A stretch of DNA of 63,448 nt, filler included, from Sphacelaria rigidula (Eukaryota): the NCBI GenBank assembly GCA_964200075.2. It is 10 parts of 10 records of this genome, joined end to end, with 100 filler letters (N's around TTAATTAATTAA, not from the genome) between each part and the next. Parts side by side here need not be neighbours in the genome. Positions count along the whole stretch, not along the records: positions 50,841 to 57,094 come from CAXNAA020021206.1; positions 57,195 to 63,448 come from CAXNAA020021207.1; 8 more parts are not named here. One strand, given 5' to 3'. Positions 52,144 through 63,448 of the stretch are shown piece by piece (the stretch's first letter is position 1; the number at the start of each line of letters is the position of its first letter). Made by a program: the position numbers and the translations under genes. The notes under the pieces were generated by a model that was not told where the DNA came from, made no database searches, and saw nothing but the letters and a program-made list of their open reading frames with translations.

Positions 52144-55100
52144 CTTTTTCTGCATCGTCGGCGCTGCATCCCAACATCACCCCGGCGCACTCCAACGGCA
52201 GGCGATTGTAGGCCTGTGAGATGAGCTCCAGTTGTCGCTCGAACAGGTGTTCTTTGAGCAGAGACACCAGCGGCGCGACGGGGGCGCCCCATTCCCTTCC
52301 CCGCAACGCGTCTTGTGCGTTGGCTATTTCCCTATCGTTGAAAGGATACAAACACGGGCGATTGATGTGTGGAAGCGCTTGAATGACCGAGACCAACAAC
52401 ACAGGCAAAGTTTTCCCTTTGCGAATCTGCAACAACCAGACAGTACTTTCACATTGTAGCATTCTAAAGTTAATGCCGTAGCCACGAAGATTGCGCACGC
52501 ATAGCCCAAGACGAAGGACGGAGACATGTGTATATACTACATTGACGAGAAGGTACGATACAAGTTTAGCGCGTCAGAAGTCAGCGCGAGAATTACGCTA
52601 CACTTGCGCCGAGTATAAAAACGGAAATGCAGATGTTCGACAGCTAGACGACCACAAGGACTCAAATACCTCCGCGTGGCAATCGTTCACCCCGTGAAAT
52701 GTTTACTGCTGCATCACGCGGTGCCCGAGCGGGTTCTTCTGTCAATATTCGTACAGTTTCTGAGAAAGGCTACTGGCTTCATCTACGGAAACCTCAAGAG
52801 CAGGTGTGCTCGCCATCCCCTCCCTCAGCAGGTCACAGTCGTTGTGAACTACCTGGAACACCAGGGTGCTCACCGTTTACACATGAGTTTCCCTACGTTC
52901 CATATAGCCGCCACTTCGCCTCCTGCTGCTTTCGCGGCCGGCGGGAGTCTTTTCCAAAGGTGTCTAGCGTTGTTCCTGCATTTCCAAAGAAGGTAGAAAG
53001 TAAAACATTAGGCGCTTCCCGACGAGAAATTCTCACCGCCCACCAACGCAGCGGCAGCGGATCGAAAAACCGGGCGCAATTAAAAAAAGTGGAGGCATCT
53101 CTATTGACTACTCTTTTGACTGCCGTGCTGCTGTGCATAGGCCGAGCGGAGAGGTGTTTGATAACACGTACGGCGAACGACACGATGAGGCGTATACTTT
53201 ATCTCCACGCTTCGGGGTTGGGAGCAGATGCAAACTAAATTTTATATAGGCCACTCAGTTCTCGGCCATCTAATCGGCCAAATCAGCCTAGAATCTCAAA
53301 AAAGAAAAAAAAAGTTCCATGAACACCTGTGTCAGACCCCTTTCTCGGAAGACGTACCTCGACTCTACTTTCACTATTTCTGATCGATATTGTATTTGTT
53401 GGTAACCGCTATCGCACCTCATTCTGGCTTCTCGCGGACGGAAAATTCCACCGTCCTCATCGTTCGACCCGAATCAACCTGACCAGCCAACTCAAATCCT
53501 TGCCCTAGTCCCAACTAGTGCTTAACACCATTCCTAACCAGTCGCGACTCTGGCGTGCGTTGGCAGAACGTACATTCGGGACATCTGTGTCGGAAGTCAC
53601 CTGAGCAACCAGTGTTTGCGAGAATCTCGGCAGAGTGCATCGGCAGAGACTGTCTCACTGGTAAAGGGCAGTGAGGTGATTCACGTATTTCTGGTGGAGT
53701 TTGCACACGTTCTTCACCCAAAATTGTCAAAAGCATACGTGATCGTGTTTGCTTTTGGACACGAACGGTATATTGTATCACTTGTTACAAACAAAAGGCA
53801 CCGATCTTGCTCCGTACTTTATACGAAAACGTTGACGATATCATTCAAACGCTGGTCGTTCCGAGAGGGAGTCACTCACACATCGTCTTGTAGAAGCAGC
53901 AACAGCAGCTGCACCTTAGCCCAGTGGATGTTCCCTTCTCCGAACGGTTTCCTTGCAGCTGCAACCTGCTTGCCGAGTGTCATCCACGAAACGCAATACT
54001 TTTGAAGTGAAAATATCTCTGATGAAATTTCAAATTTCCCTTGGAATACCATTCAATTGCAGTACTTTCGGTCTGATCATTATGGACCGTAGCCCCTCTT
54101 GCCCGGAATCGTATTTTTTTTAACTCAACCATGACCCACATGCACCAGTGCTCGCTCCGGTTGCCTTGTTTGGGTGCATAACAACATCTGGTTAACCGTT
54201 GCTTCACGAGCGCTGCACGGTGAATTATTCAATACTGTACTCACGCAAGATAACGAACCTTCCGCCCGCTAAAAGTGACAAATCAATCCGAAGCAACACC
54301 CAGGAAGCAGGGACACATCAGCGCACAGGCGCAGGAAAATCCACTGTTTACACCGTTGACAAGGTTTGCAATGAACGTGCCGTAGGCTTGTGTGAGACAA
54401 CGTCCACCATGAGCACAGAGACCAGTTGCGCGAAAGTGCACCCTGGAAACGGTATTGAGCAAAGGGTGCGGCACATACAGAGTTTAATAAGTTTCGATTG
54501 CTGGGTAGCTGACAAAAATCATCCGCTGAACAAGCGGTGGGGGTGGTATATTCCGTCATCTACGGAAACCACGATGCTGCTGGACAAGATCTGACTCCGC
54601 AGCAGGCGGCTAGGCGCCGCAAGATTAAGGTCGTTTGTTTTTGAGCACTCAGTGCTTGAAGTGACAGTTAAACGCTCAAGAGTCAAACACCACAAAGAAT
54701 GACAGATGAGTAGGAGGCAACAAGATCCCACAAAGTCTTCAGACGCGCAACTTTCGACACCCACCCCATTGGCGCAGAGGGCTGTGCTGTCGGGCGGGGC
54801 GGCAAGGACGATTTTCCAGACAAAATCCGCACTTGATGTTTCTCTTTCCTCCGCTTTCTGAGAGCACATAACGGAGAAGACTACCAGCCCAAGACCAGGC
54901 CCAAACTGTCACCACATTTTGCAGTGCTTGGGTGGGGCTTTGCAGCGGTCGATTGAGGGTAAGCGCCGCTGCGGCGAGGTAAGTACTTGTGTAGCCGATG
55001 CTAAACAGACAGTAGAGTGTAGCTCATGTGATCGCGGTGTGCTCACCATCAACTCCAGCTCTTCGCAGCGAAGTAAAGCTGCACTGAAATTCTTGGCTTC

Positions 55101-55169
55101 AATAAGTGTTTCAATGGTCCTCTTTGCCGCCTCCACATCTGTCGCCTCGACAGAACCGGGAGCAGCCAT
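52144..55169 (-). CDS. CSN8: COP9 signalosome complex subunit 8; exons 55169-55047, 53965-53880, 52975-52874, 52331-52144; final exon not located
   Basis: Spliced translation ...LLRCEELELM/VAAA...QLLLLLLQDDV/NNARHLWKRLPPAAK..EVAAIWNVGKLMCKR/EIANA...LELISQAYNRL matches the CSN8 PCI pattern (CExxEL, NNARxLWKRIP, LxSxAY). All junctions are GT-AG and phase-consistent. Confidence 0.92.
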
Positions 55170-55445
55170 TGCGTATCCTCAAAATAGTGCGAGTCAAATA
55201 AGTGCCGGAAATCGCTCTTCTGAGGTGAATTTTCTTTTACAACTGTAAGAGCATGATCAGACCCGTAGTCGAAAGATCGAAGCCTCCCCAACCAGGCGTA
55301 TGAAAAACCTCATTACTCCTCTTCTGATCCTACAATAGGAGGGGAATGGTGGGGGAGGAGTTGGTTCGACGAAAAACAGGGCTCAGTGATGTGTCAGACG
55401 ACCTAACACACTCGGGGTGCTGCGCTTCTCGTAATATTAATCAGT

Positions 55446-55972
55446 TGTGTCGCCCCGGTGGCTCAGGTGGTGACCTCGAAACCTTCCACACCCTGGACAA
55501 CATACATATATGGTCAATGGATGTAACAGACGAAAGTGTACTAGATAAAGTACAGGTCTATTGCAACTATTAGCGGCCGACGATAGTCGCAATATGCCTA
55601 TACTTTATGCAGTACGTTTCTCGTCTATTGCAACTATTGACCATATATTGTTCAAGGTGTGAAACCTTCTGACGGTTGGGTCGTGGGTTCGAATCTCGGA
55701 ACGATCTGGGATTTTTTCTCATGCCCAACAGTGGAGACCGACTATGTCGTGGGTACACAAAAATCGACCTCACGGTCGACGAGGGAAAGGGACTGCTGAA
55801 CTCCTCTCGCGATAAAAAATAATGGCAAGCACCGCAGAAGGAAGGTGGAGTACTAGAACAAAAACATAAACTGAAAGACTCCTGTGTTGACCTTCTTCCT
55901 GTCTGTGTGACCCCGACTGGTGCGCCGACACATATACCAAAGGTGTTGGCCGGCGTCCAGAATAGATGGGAC

Positions 55973-55978
<6 letters not shown>
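55446..55978 (+). mobile_element. tRNA-derived SINE-like element with (CA)n tail, interrupted by a MITE
   Basis: A-box-like GGTGGCTCAGGTGG (~55457) and B-box GGTTCGAATC (~55687); the body ends in a (CA)n run. Confidence 0.6.
55487..55661. mobile_element. 175-bp MITE with 8-bp TSD AAACCTTC
   Basis: TIR CACACCCTGGACAA / TTGTTCAAGGTGTG; exact AAACCTTC at 55479-55486 and 55662-55669. Confidence 0.8.

Positions 55979-56033
<55 letters not shown>
55978..56033. repeat. (CA)n microsatellite
   Basis: Seen directly. Confidence 0.95.
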
Positions 56034-56036
<3 letters not shown>

Positions 56037-56355
56037 GTACCCGCCGCGCCCCGGTGGTGTAATGACCCGACTGTCGCCATTAGGGTGGAGAGAACGAGGG
56101 TTCGATTCCCGATGCAATGGGATTTTTCTTCGTGATGTCTGATTTTCATCGTGGAAAGCGTGAGAACGTGAGTAAACAAAGTTGTCGACTGAGTTTGTTT
56201 CACGTGAGTTGACGCGGTGCGTGAGTGCTGACCCAACCCGCGAGACCAAAATGCAAGGCGTGTACCAGGGGAGATATGGGTTGATCCCTTGATACCACGG
56301 ACTCATCCTGAGGAAGGGGGGAGGGGTTCAACGTGCGACAAATAAAAAATAATGT
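56037..56355 (+). mobile_element. Second tRNA-derived SINE-like element
   Basis: A-box-like GGTGGTGTAATG, B-box GGTTCGATTCC, and a 3' end GTGCGACAAATAAAAAATAA. Reverse-complement copies of this 3' end occur at ~56890-56945 and ~57000-57040. Confidence 0.6.
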
Positions 56356-56462
56356 AACAGGACTAGTACGTTCGAACATAAATTATTTGCTACTTTCAAC
56401 GGCGATTCATTATTTGAAGTATACGTAAGTTTGTGGAAGGAATGCCCCTCCCCCCCCCCCCC

Positions 56463-56711
56463 GACACTTTCCACGACATCTCCCCCCCAAAACCAACCCA
56501 AAAGTATCACGAAAAAATTGGTCATACAGCGCCTGATGTTTTGGTTCAGGCTGCATGAAGCGCCCCATATGGGCGACATTGGCGAGAACTAAGCCAAGCG
56601 TGGCAAATCTCAGCTGCTCGTTGTGCTCAGCTTCTTCCATCTCGATTTACGTGAAGATTTTGCCTCCCCAAACTACGCACTTTTTGGGGAGGGGCTATCG
56701 TAGAAAGTGTC
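56463..56711. mobile_element. MITE, GACAC-TIR family (TSD CCCC)
   Basis: Collinear with 14087-14337. Confidence 0.85.
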
Positions 56712-59337
56712 CCCCCTCGATCGTGGATGACTCCGGGGTGCCTGTCACTGCAACAACGAGCTGCAGAGTCTGCTTGTACTTTCTAATAATGTCAGAAATA
56801 AATACATCACCCAACAACACGAAAAGTCAGACGAGAAACAAAGCCGATGGGCAGTGTGAGTATAGAGCAAAACCGAGGATCACCAGGGGAGTTTTATTTT
56901 TTATTTGTCGCACTTTGAACCCCTCCCCTTCCTCAGGATGAGTCCCTCGTCTCAAGGGAACGACCCATATCTCCGCGTACACAGGGATCACCAGGAGATT
57001 TTTATTTTTCATCTGTCGCACTTTCAACCCTCCCCTTTCCTAGGGTCAATGGTCAAATGACTAAGGCAAGCAACAAATGAGTACGCCACACCCCNNNNNN
57101 NNNNNNNNNNNNNNNNNNNNNNNNNNNNNNNNNNNNNNTTAATTAATTAANNNNNNNNNNNNNNNNNNNNNNNNNNNNNNNNNNNNNNNNNNNNGGCTAG
57201 TATCTGTGTTATATGTAGTTGACGACGTGACCTCGACCGTGGGGGCGTCGTGGATTGGGGGTGGGGGGGGCGTTATTTGTTGCTTGCCTTCGTCGTTTGA
57301 CCATTGACCACGCATCCCATTCGAGACAGAGCATGGAGCAATGGAAGGAGGGGGGGAAGGGGGGGCTTTGCTTTAACGTACTGACAAAACGCGTGCGAGC
57401 GTACCAATACTGATGTGTGGAGCTGTGTGTCCGCATCACGAAATAAAGCACCGCAAAACGCACTATGAGAAAACCACTTACTGCGCCGTCTTACGCCTGT
57501 GCCTCAAGGAGCAATGAACCCGGCACAATCGCAAAAATCGACGAGTTAATATCACCTACCAAAAGCAAGGGTTAGCCAAAATTTGTTAGCTTGCAGCCTT
57601 GCCACCCTGCACGCGTGCGCCAACCTTTTGCGGTACATCTTCATCCCCATTTGCATGGGCATTGGATGACTAAAAAACGCATTCGAATTTGAAGGGGGGG
57701 GGGGGGGAACACGCCACCTACAGTTCCACCGTTTTTTCATGTGCGCCCGACAGACTGACGCCGTCATTTTTTTCCCGTAACGATAAGACCGAAACGCGGC
57801 AAAAGATGGCAGCACCGCACAACTCCTACGTACCCCGACAGTGTTATTATTGCCCCTATACTGCTGCACCGTACCGTACTGGGTGCAAGCCTCGGCCACT
57901 CTGCTCACCCGCCGCAAAAGTCCAAATACTTCTCGAGCTATCAACAAATGGCAGGATTTTGAAGAAATGTGACGTTCATGTTGGCGGATGACGAAGTATA
58001 GGATCAGGATCATGGGGTGGCGAATGGCGACACAACAGGATGGTAGGGGTCACTGTGAGAGAAAGTCTCGACCACTTTCAGCCGTGTTTAGTTCCCAACC
58101 CCAAAAGCACTCCCCGCTCGCCAGTGCTGACTAAGGCAACGGGCATTCAGGTGTGCAAGACTGTCAAGGTTCGAATGGATCTACAGTAGTCAATCAAACA
58201 TGGAGTGTGCGACAAACGACGAGGTAGACACCGTAAATATGTAAATATTAGACCCCGGGAATGGTTTGCCCAACCCTCAACCAGTTTTATGGTACATGAT
58301 GGATTGGTCATCGAGCGGCGCAGCCGCGAGCCAAAAGGCACCCCCCCGGGAGAGAGGGTTCCGCCGGAGACGCCCCCGGAGGACCCCGCTAAAGGCGCCG
58401 TACCGGGCGCACGTTTTCACGCGATTTGGCTTCACTAAAGCTAAAAAAATACGTCAAATCTAGGCTAATTTTCAAGGGCTGAATGTAGCATGTGTAGCCG
58501 GTAACGGCAAATAATGGCTTGAAACCATTTATCCAATTTTTTCATGTAACCATCACCATTATTACCATTATAATGATAGCGGCCGGTTACAACTGGTACC
58601 ATTTCCGAGCTCTAGTAAACATTCTCCACCCGGGAACAAAAAATTTAAATCGAAGTCGATCAGGTTTCACACACGCGCGTGAACAATTTCGGTCGCTCGC
58701 ACAAAGTTTCGAAGCTAAACCCTTGATTTGTAAACTCAGCAGCCGGCAACAAATAGTCGACCGTTTTTTACCGTTTTTTTCGGTTACAAATACCCGTCAC
58801 GGTAAATACTTGATCGCATTATTGGAGATCGAGCGAGAGATGGACCTCAATTCTACACAAATTCTCGAAAGCGCATCACTCCTCCAATCATCTCTCAACC
58901 AATCTGCGGGTTCACAATAGCTCGTTGGGGGTGCTTCTAGTAAATAACCCCAGCGTCTGTCTCCTTGATATTTTCGCTCAATCGAGAAAAACCCGAGTGT
59001 CATGGTGAAAAATTGCGAAAGTACAGTGCTCTCCCACCTCTAGCTATCAATACGCTACAGCCAAAACTCCGTGTTCTCGGCCCAACGTACGATTGGTGAA
59101 CCCCCCATAAAACGAATCTTTACCCTGCATTGCTCCGACCACACAAAAAACGGAAATACTTCCTGTAGATGACCTGTTTTCTTTCACCAGTATCTGCCGA
59201 TTGCAGAAATTTTGAGCGAGAGAAGAGGAATCGTATTTCGAAAAAAACTCCATCAAGTGATATTATTTTTGGTTCAAACGCTAACTGACTACCGCATGAT
59301 CCGAGTCTACATCCTTGTACACGCACACGTAAAATAC

Positions 59338-60149
59338 CTTCGTTTGCCACCATCATCCTCGACGCTGACCCTCCCCACCACCACTACCGCATCTGCCTCG
59401 CTCGCCCCTCCTTCTTGCCGACAGCCCTCGATCTCCTTCGGCCGTTTGGCCCCACACACCCGGCACGATGATGCAGACGTAGCCGCCGGCACCCCGCAAA
59501 CGGCACAATTCCACGGCGCCATTGCAGACACATCACCATCAGCTGGCGCGCTCGCCGCCGACGTCGAGACGTTCCGAGAGGAATCCATCCCAGCAACGCC
59601 AGCATTCTCCAATCGATGCGCTCCTTCGCGCGCAGCTTTCTGCTTTCGCCTCATGTCGGCTGCGTTGACCCTTCCGGAGACAAGCGGAGCATCCGTGGCA
59701 CCTCTCGTAGGGGATGGAGCTTGCTCTTGTTGTTGCTGCTGCTGCTGCTGCTGTCTTCGTGGAGTTCCTGCTTCAGCATCGTGGTCATTTTCCGCTCTGG
59801 AGAGTGGCAACGTCGAGGGAGAGGCTTCTCGTCTCAGTTGGGTAATATCCGGTCTCACATCAGCAGTTTCTGGCCTCAGTAATCGACTTGTTTCCGGGCT
59901 GGAATATGCTGTTGTCCCCGCAGAGGGTGCATCATCCTCACCAGGCAGGGGAGGCGAGTCCCCCCCGAAACCGCCGAACAGTGACAGAATGTCTTGCGTG
60001 GACCGGGCGCCACGTTCTTCTCGGACTCCGCCTCCGCCCCCGTCACAGCCGTCACCGTCGCCAGGCGATCCGTGGTTAGAACGACGCTGGGAACGGTGCT
60101 CGAACAGATCATCTTCCGTAGAACCGACGGCGCGAGGAGAAAAATCGTC

Positions 60150-60196
<47 letters not shown>

Positions 60197-62944
60197 CTTC
60201 TTGTGGTTTTTGATGGTGGCGTATTGCACCATGATGTGAAGGCCCAGCCTCATGAAGAACGTTCTCCTTTTCCTGGTATGCGTGGCTCTGTGGTCGGTGG
60301 CGACTCTCTGCATCATGATAATCACCATCACCTCTCCGGTCGTCGCTGTCGATCTCGGTAGCTCCTGTCGGCAATCTCGAGGAGTAGTTGGGTTCGCGCT
60401 CGCGCTCGCCGAAACCTTGACCGTCGCTGCCAGAGTTCACGCGTCCGACGTACGCGTCCTCATCTCCGTGGTGGTGGCGGAGTCCAAAGTATTCTCCAAG
60501 ATCACCCTCGGCCGATAAATGAGCGCCGTAGCAGCTGCCGTCGGGCGCCGCACGTCCACCGTCTCCCCCGCGGCCTCCGGCAATGCTCGCCGCTTCGGCC
60601 GACAACTGCATCGCACGGGCCGTCATCTTGTCTCGCACCAGATCAACAAATTCATTCTCCACCACGCGAATGTCGTGATGATTACTCGACGCTCCATGCT
60701 GTCCTGGGTCGAATACAGGACCGCCACGACTTCTACTGCCACCGCCTAATTCGCTGCGAACTCTCTCACCATGGGCACCAACATCACGACCGACACCCCC
60801 CAAAGTTGGACCAAATCCACCTGGGTCCTCGGCAGCTCCCTCACCTTCCTCGTCATCGTCCCACAAGGAAGCCACCTGGCCGAATCCGTTGTAACACGCT
60901 CCTGAGGTCATCCCTGTGCTTCGCTCGCCCCTCGAGCCTCTTGTTCCCCGCGAACCACTGCTGCCGTTTTGCCCCAAGCGGCTGCCGCTATCTCCCGGTT
61001 GTCCCCAAGGATCTTCGGGCGGCGCGGCGGGTGGTGCTCTTCTCGCAGGCGCTTTGAAGGGCTTGAGCAGCTTTCGTTTTCGGCCGTTGGCTCCTAAACC
61101 AAGACCGGTCCGGTTGGAGCTTTCGGCAGCAGCACCAACGGTACAAGCTTCGGCGGCAGCTGCTTGTGTATCCTGGATAACGCCGTCCAACGAGACGATG
61201 TACCTGTTGCGTCACCGTGTGCGTGTTTTTGTGTGCATCAATCGCGGGAAAAATCCACCGACATAACAAGAGTGAGTGGTTGAATGATTGAGGGGTTGTT
61301 CGGTTGCCTTGATTCGACTGACACCCGACGTACCCACACGCGGTCACAAGGTGGGCATACCTGAGGAAAAAAGAACGGAAATAAGAGAGAGAGAGACGTT
61401 GCATATGATGGCTTACTCGTCGTTTGTCCTGCAAAATGCTTAGAGGCACAGTAACAGTCACATAGAGGATGGCAAACAGGCCGGAAATAGAACAGAACAG
61501 GTGGCACAAACGTAGAAAACAGTACCCGAATGGTAGACGAAAATCTACTGTATCGCCCAGTCAAAAAGCACGAAACGGGAGCAGAAGGGGTGCGGCTCGA
61601 GTGGCTGGCGCGCGGAGGGGAGTACACGCTACCCTGTTCCCTGGTGTAGACATGTATGCTTCAATACCGCAGGTGAAAATCCGTGGTGTTATGGGATCAT
61701 ATCTCAAATCTCGATTTTGTTGTAGACAGCGGTGGTCAGCCGCGCCGCTGAACGTTTCGACGACTGAAGTATCTTATTGAGATCTTTCACTCGGTAAACA
61801 GGATTCTTTGGAGATGAAGGGCCTTGCCTTGAGACGAAAATCAACGTTGGGTCTCTCATCACCCCGGGTGGTATACCGCGTATAATGACTTCGTTACGTT
61901 TCGGAAATCCTTGCCGGATTTTAGGAAATGTGGGGAGTAAAAGAAGGTGGCATGAAGACGTTTGATAGGTTGGACAGTAGCGAAAAAACGATCACCACAC
62001 AAGGAGATACATGGTGGCCAAAGACGCGAAACAGGAAAGGGACAAGATATTTTGATTTATTGATTCGATTGATTGTCGCACTTTAACTGATCCCCCAGGG
62101 ATCCAGCCGTGGTCACATGATAAGATATGGAACAGCTTTTTGCGTAATGTATGGAAGAAACATAACGGGCGCCCAATGTTGGAGGTGTCTCTATTAGGAG
62201 TAGGAAAGGTGCTCCGTCTCGAAATGGATGCGTGGTCAATGGTCGAATGACCAAGGCAAGCAACAAATGAGTATGCCCCCCCCCCCCCCCCCCCCCCTCT
62301 GCGATTTCGGGTGGGGGACCTAGACCTGCAAGAAAGAAGGGATATACCATTAGTCGAGAGGAGGAGGGTTTGGATGCACGGAATTTACCCTTGTGACAGA
62401 GTAATAGAGAGTATAACTCAGAGTGGTAGAATGTGAAGCATACAAGGAGGCACGGAGCGTGCTAGAGGGGGAGATGCGGGAAGTAAATGCTGGTGGCATG
62501 AAATCGTTTGACGTATTAGACATTGGCGAGAAAACGATGCTGTACTGGGAAATATATGGTGGCCACAGTCGCTCCGTCTCGAAAGGGACGAGTGGTCAAT
62601 TGTCCCACGACTAGGACAAACAAAAAATCAGTACCCCCCCCTCCTCCCCACCCCCTGAAAATCTCCTAGAGATGCCATCACATTTGTTGACAACAAGCCC
62701 AAAAAGTCGTAGGACATGGCAAGTGTCAGTCACTCACAGCTCCATCTCGAGCTCGGGCTCGCCGCCGCTGATAAATGCCTTGTACTCCGGGACAGACAAG
62801 TATATCTCTCCCAGCAGCTTGTCCGTGACGCCGAGGACTTCACTCCAACGGAACAGCGATACTCGTTGATTCTTGGAGCAGCACTTCACGGCACCATCCG
62901 ACCACACCTTTCTTTTTTTGGTTTTCTGGTTGGTGTACATACAC
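59338..62944 (-). CDS. DUF2439-domain protein (ZGRF1/Mte1-type N-terminus) with poly-Q tracts and a RanBP2-type zinc finger; exons 62944-62738 and 61203-59338 (or to the stop at 59307); partial
   Basis: CMYTNQKTKKRKVWSDG resembles DUF2439 (LYTHQKxKKxKVWQDG). The phase-2 splice CT/GTGAGT ... CAG/G gives ELEMELYIVSLD, the expected end of the domain. The long exon carries WNCAVCG...SCRVCGAKRP. Confidence 0.8.
61915..62298 (+). mobile_element. 3'-terminal LINE fragment ending in poly(C)
   Basis: Decayed ORF2 C-terminus (FLRNVWKK...GGVSIRSRKGAPSRNGCVVNGRMTKASNK*), then GTATG and a run of about 22 C. Confidence 0.75.
62051..62118 (-). mobile_element. Short 5'-truncated retroposon end with (AATC)n-like tail and 10-bp TSD
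   Basis: Flanked by GACAAGATAT / GATAAGATAT; the same sequence occurs at ~21305-21372. Confidence 0.6.
62299..62655 (+). mobile_element. Second, tandem 3'-terminal LINE fragment
   Basis: RFRVGDLDLQERR-like segment (homologous to ~6100-6170), VECEAYKEAR, and the same terminal CCGTCTCGAAAGGG...GTAC-poly(C). Confidence 0.75.
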
Positions 62945-63137
62945 CTGGTATTCGCAAGGGCGGGAGCGGCGGCGTCCGCAAGTCGGTGGGAATGCTACAC
63001 ACGTCGGACAGCTAATGAGCTTCCAAAATATTTTTCATCAGTGTACTGATACGGATCATGAGCTAGCTCATCTGGGCCTCTTTTTCTGTATTTTCTCCCC
63101 ACAGCGCCGAGCGCGGAGCATGCGGAGTAGCGCAAAG

Positions 63138-63390
63138 GACACTTTTTTACGATTGCCCCCACCCAAAACCAGCCTAAAAGTGTCACGAAAAAAAATGACC
63201 AAACAGCGCCTGATGTTTGGGTTCAGGCTGTATGAAGCGCCTCGTTTTGGCAACATTGGCGAGAACGAACCCAAGCGTGGGAATTCCCAGCTGCTCGTTG
63301 TGCTCGGCTTTTCCCATTTCGATTTACGTGAAGATTTTGCCTCCCAAAGCCATGCACTTTTGGGGGGGGGGGGCTATCGTAGAAAGTGTC
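63138..63390. mobile_element. MITE, GACAC-TIR family (TSD AAAG)
   Basis: AAAG at 63134-63137 and 63391-63394; collinear with 14087-14337. Confidence 0.9.
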
Positions 63391-63448
63391 AAAGGTATAA
63401 CTTTGGCTTCTAGGGCCCTGCTGTCACGCATATAGTGTCATTGCACAG

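Noticed and set aside
6301..57150. Regularly spaced TTAATTAATTAA palindromes as a biological array
   Set aside because: Always embedded in N-runs; this is an artificial six-frame-stop linker.
59212..60213. 333-aa plus-strand ORF
   Set aside because: Antisense shadow of the DUF2439-protein exon; its poly-Cys runs mirror the poly-Gln tracts.

Overview
Eukaryotic, intron-containing, repeat-rich DNA, most consistent with a brown alga (Phaeophyceae, Ectocarpus-like). That assignment is inferred from a spliced nuclear sigma-70 gene, a CSN8 gene, GT-AG introns and the repeat style, not from a database search. The window is not one locus. It is ten unrelated contigs of 6254-6256 bp, in decreasing length order, joined by an artificial 100-bp spacer (44 N + TTAATTAATTAA + 44 N), so nothing can be inferred from adjacency across spacers. 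Five partial host genes are supported: an HHIP/folate-receptor-like secreted protein, a divergent sigma-70 factor (probably plastid-targeted), a roughly 4.1-kb exon for a disordered protein with a C-terminal transmembrane helix, COP9 signalosome subunit 8, and a DUF2439 + RanBP2 zinc-finger protein. The rest is decayed Ty1/copia, Ty3/gypsy and LINE sequence, tRNA-derived SINE-like elements and several MITE families. The most notable patterns are a LINE whose copies start after and end in poly(C) tracts, a gypsy integrase with chromo-like plus Tudor-like C-terminal modules, a MITE family with variable 4-bp TSDs, and altered -10 recognition residues in the sigma factor.
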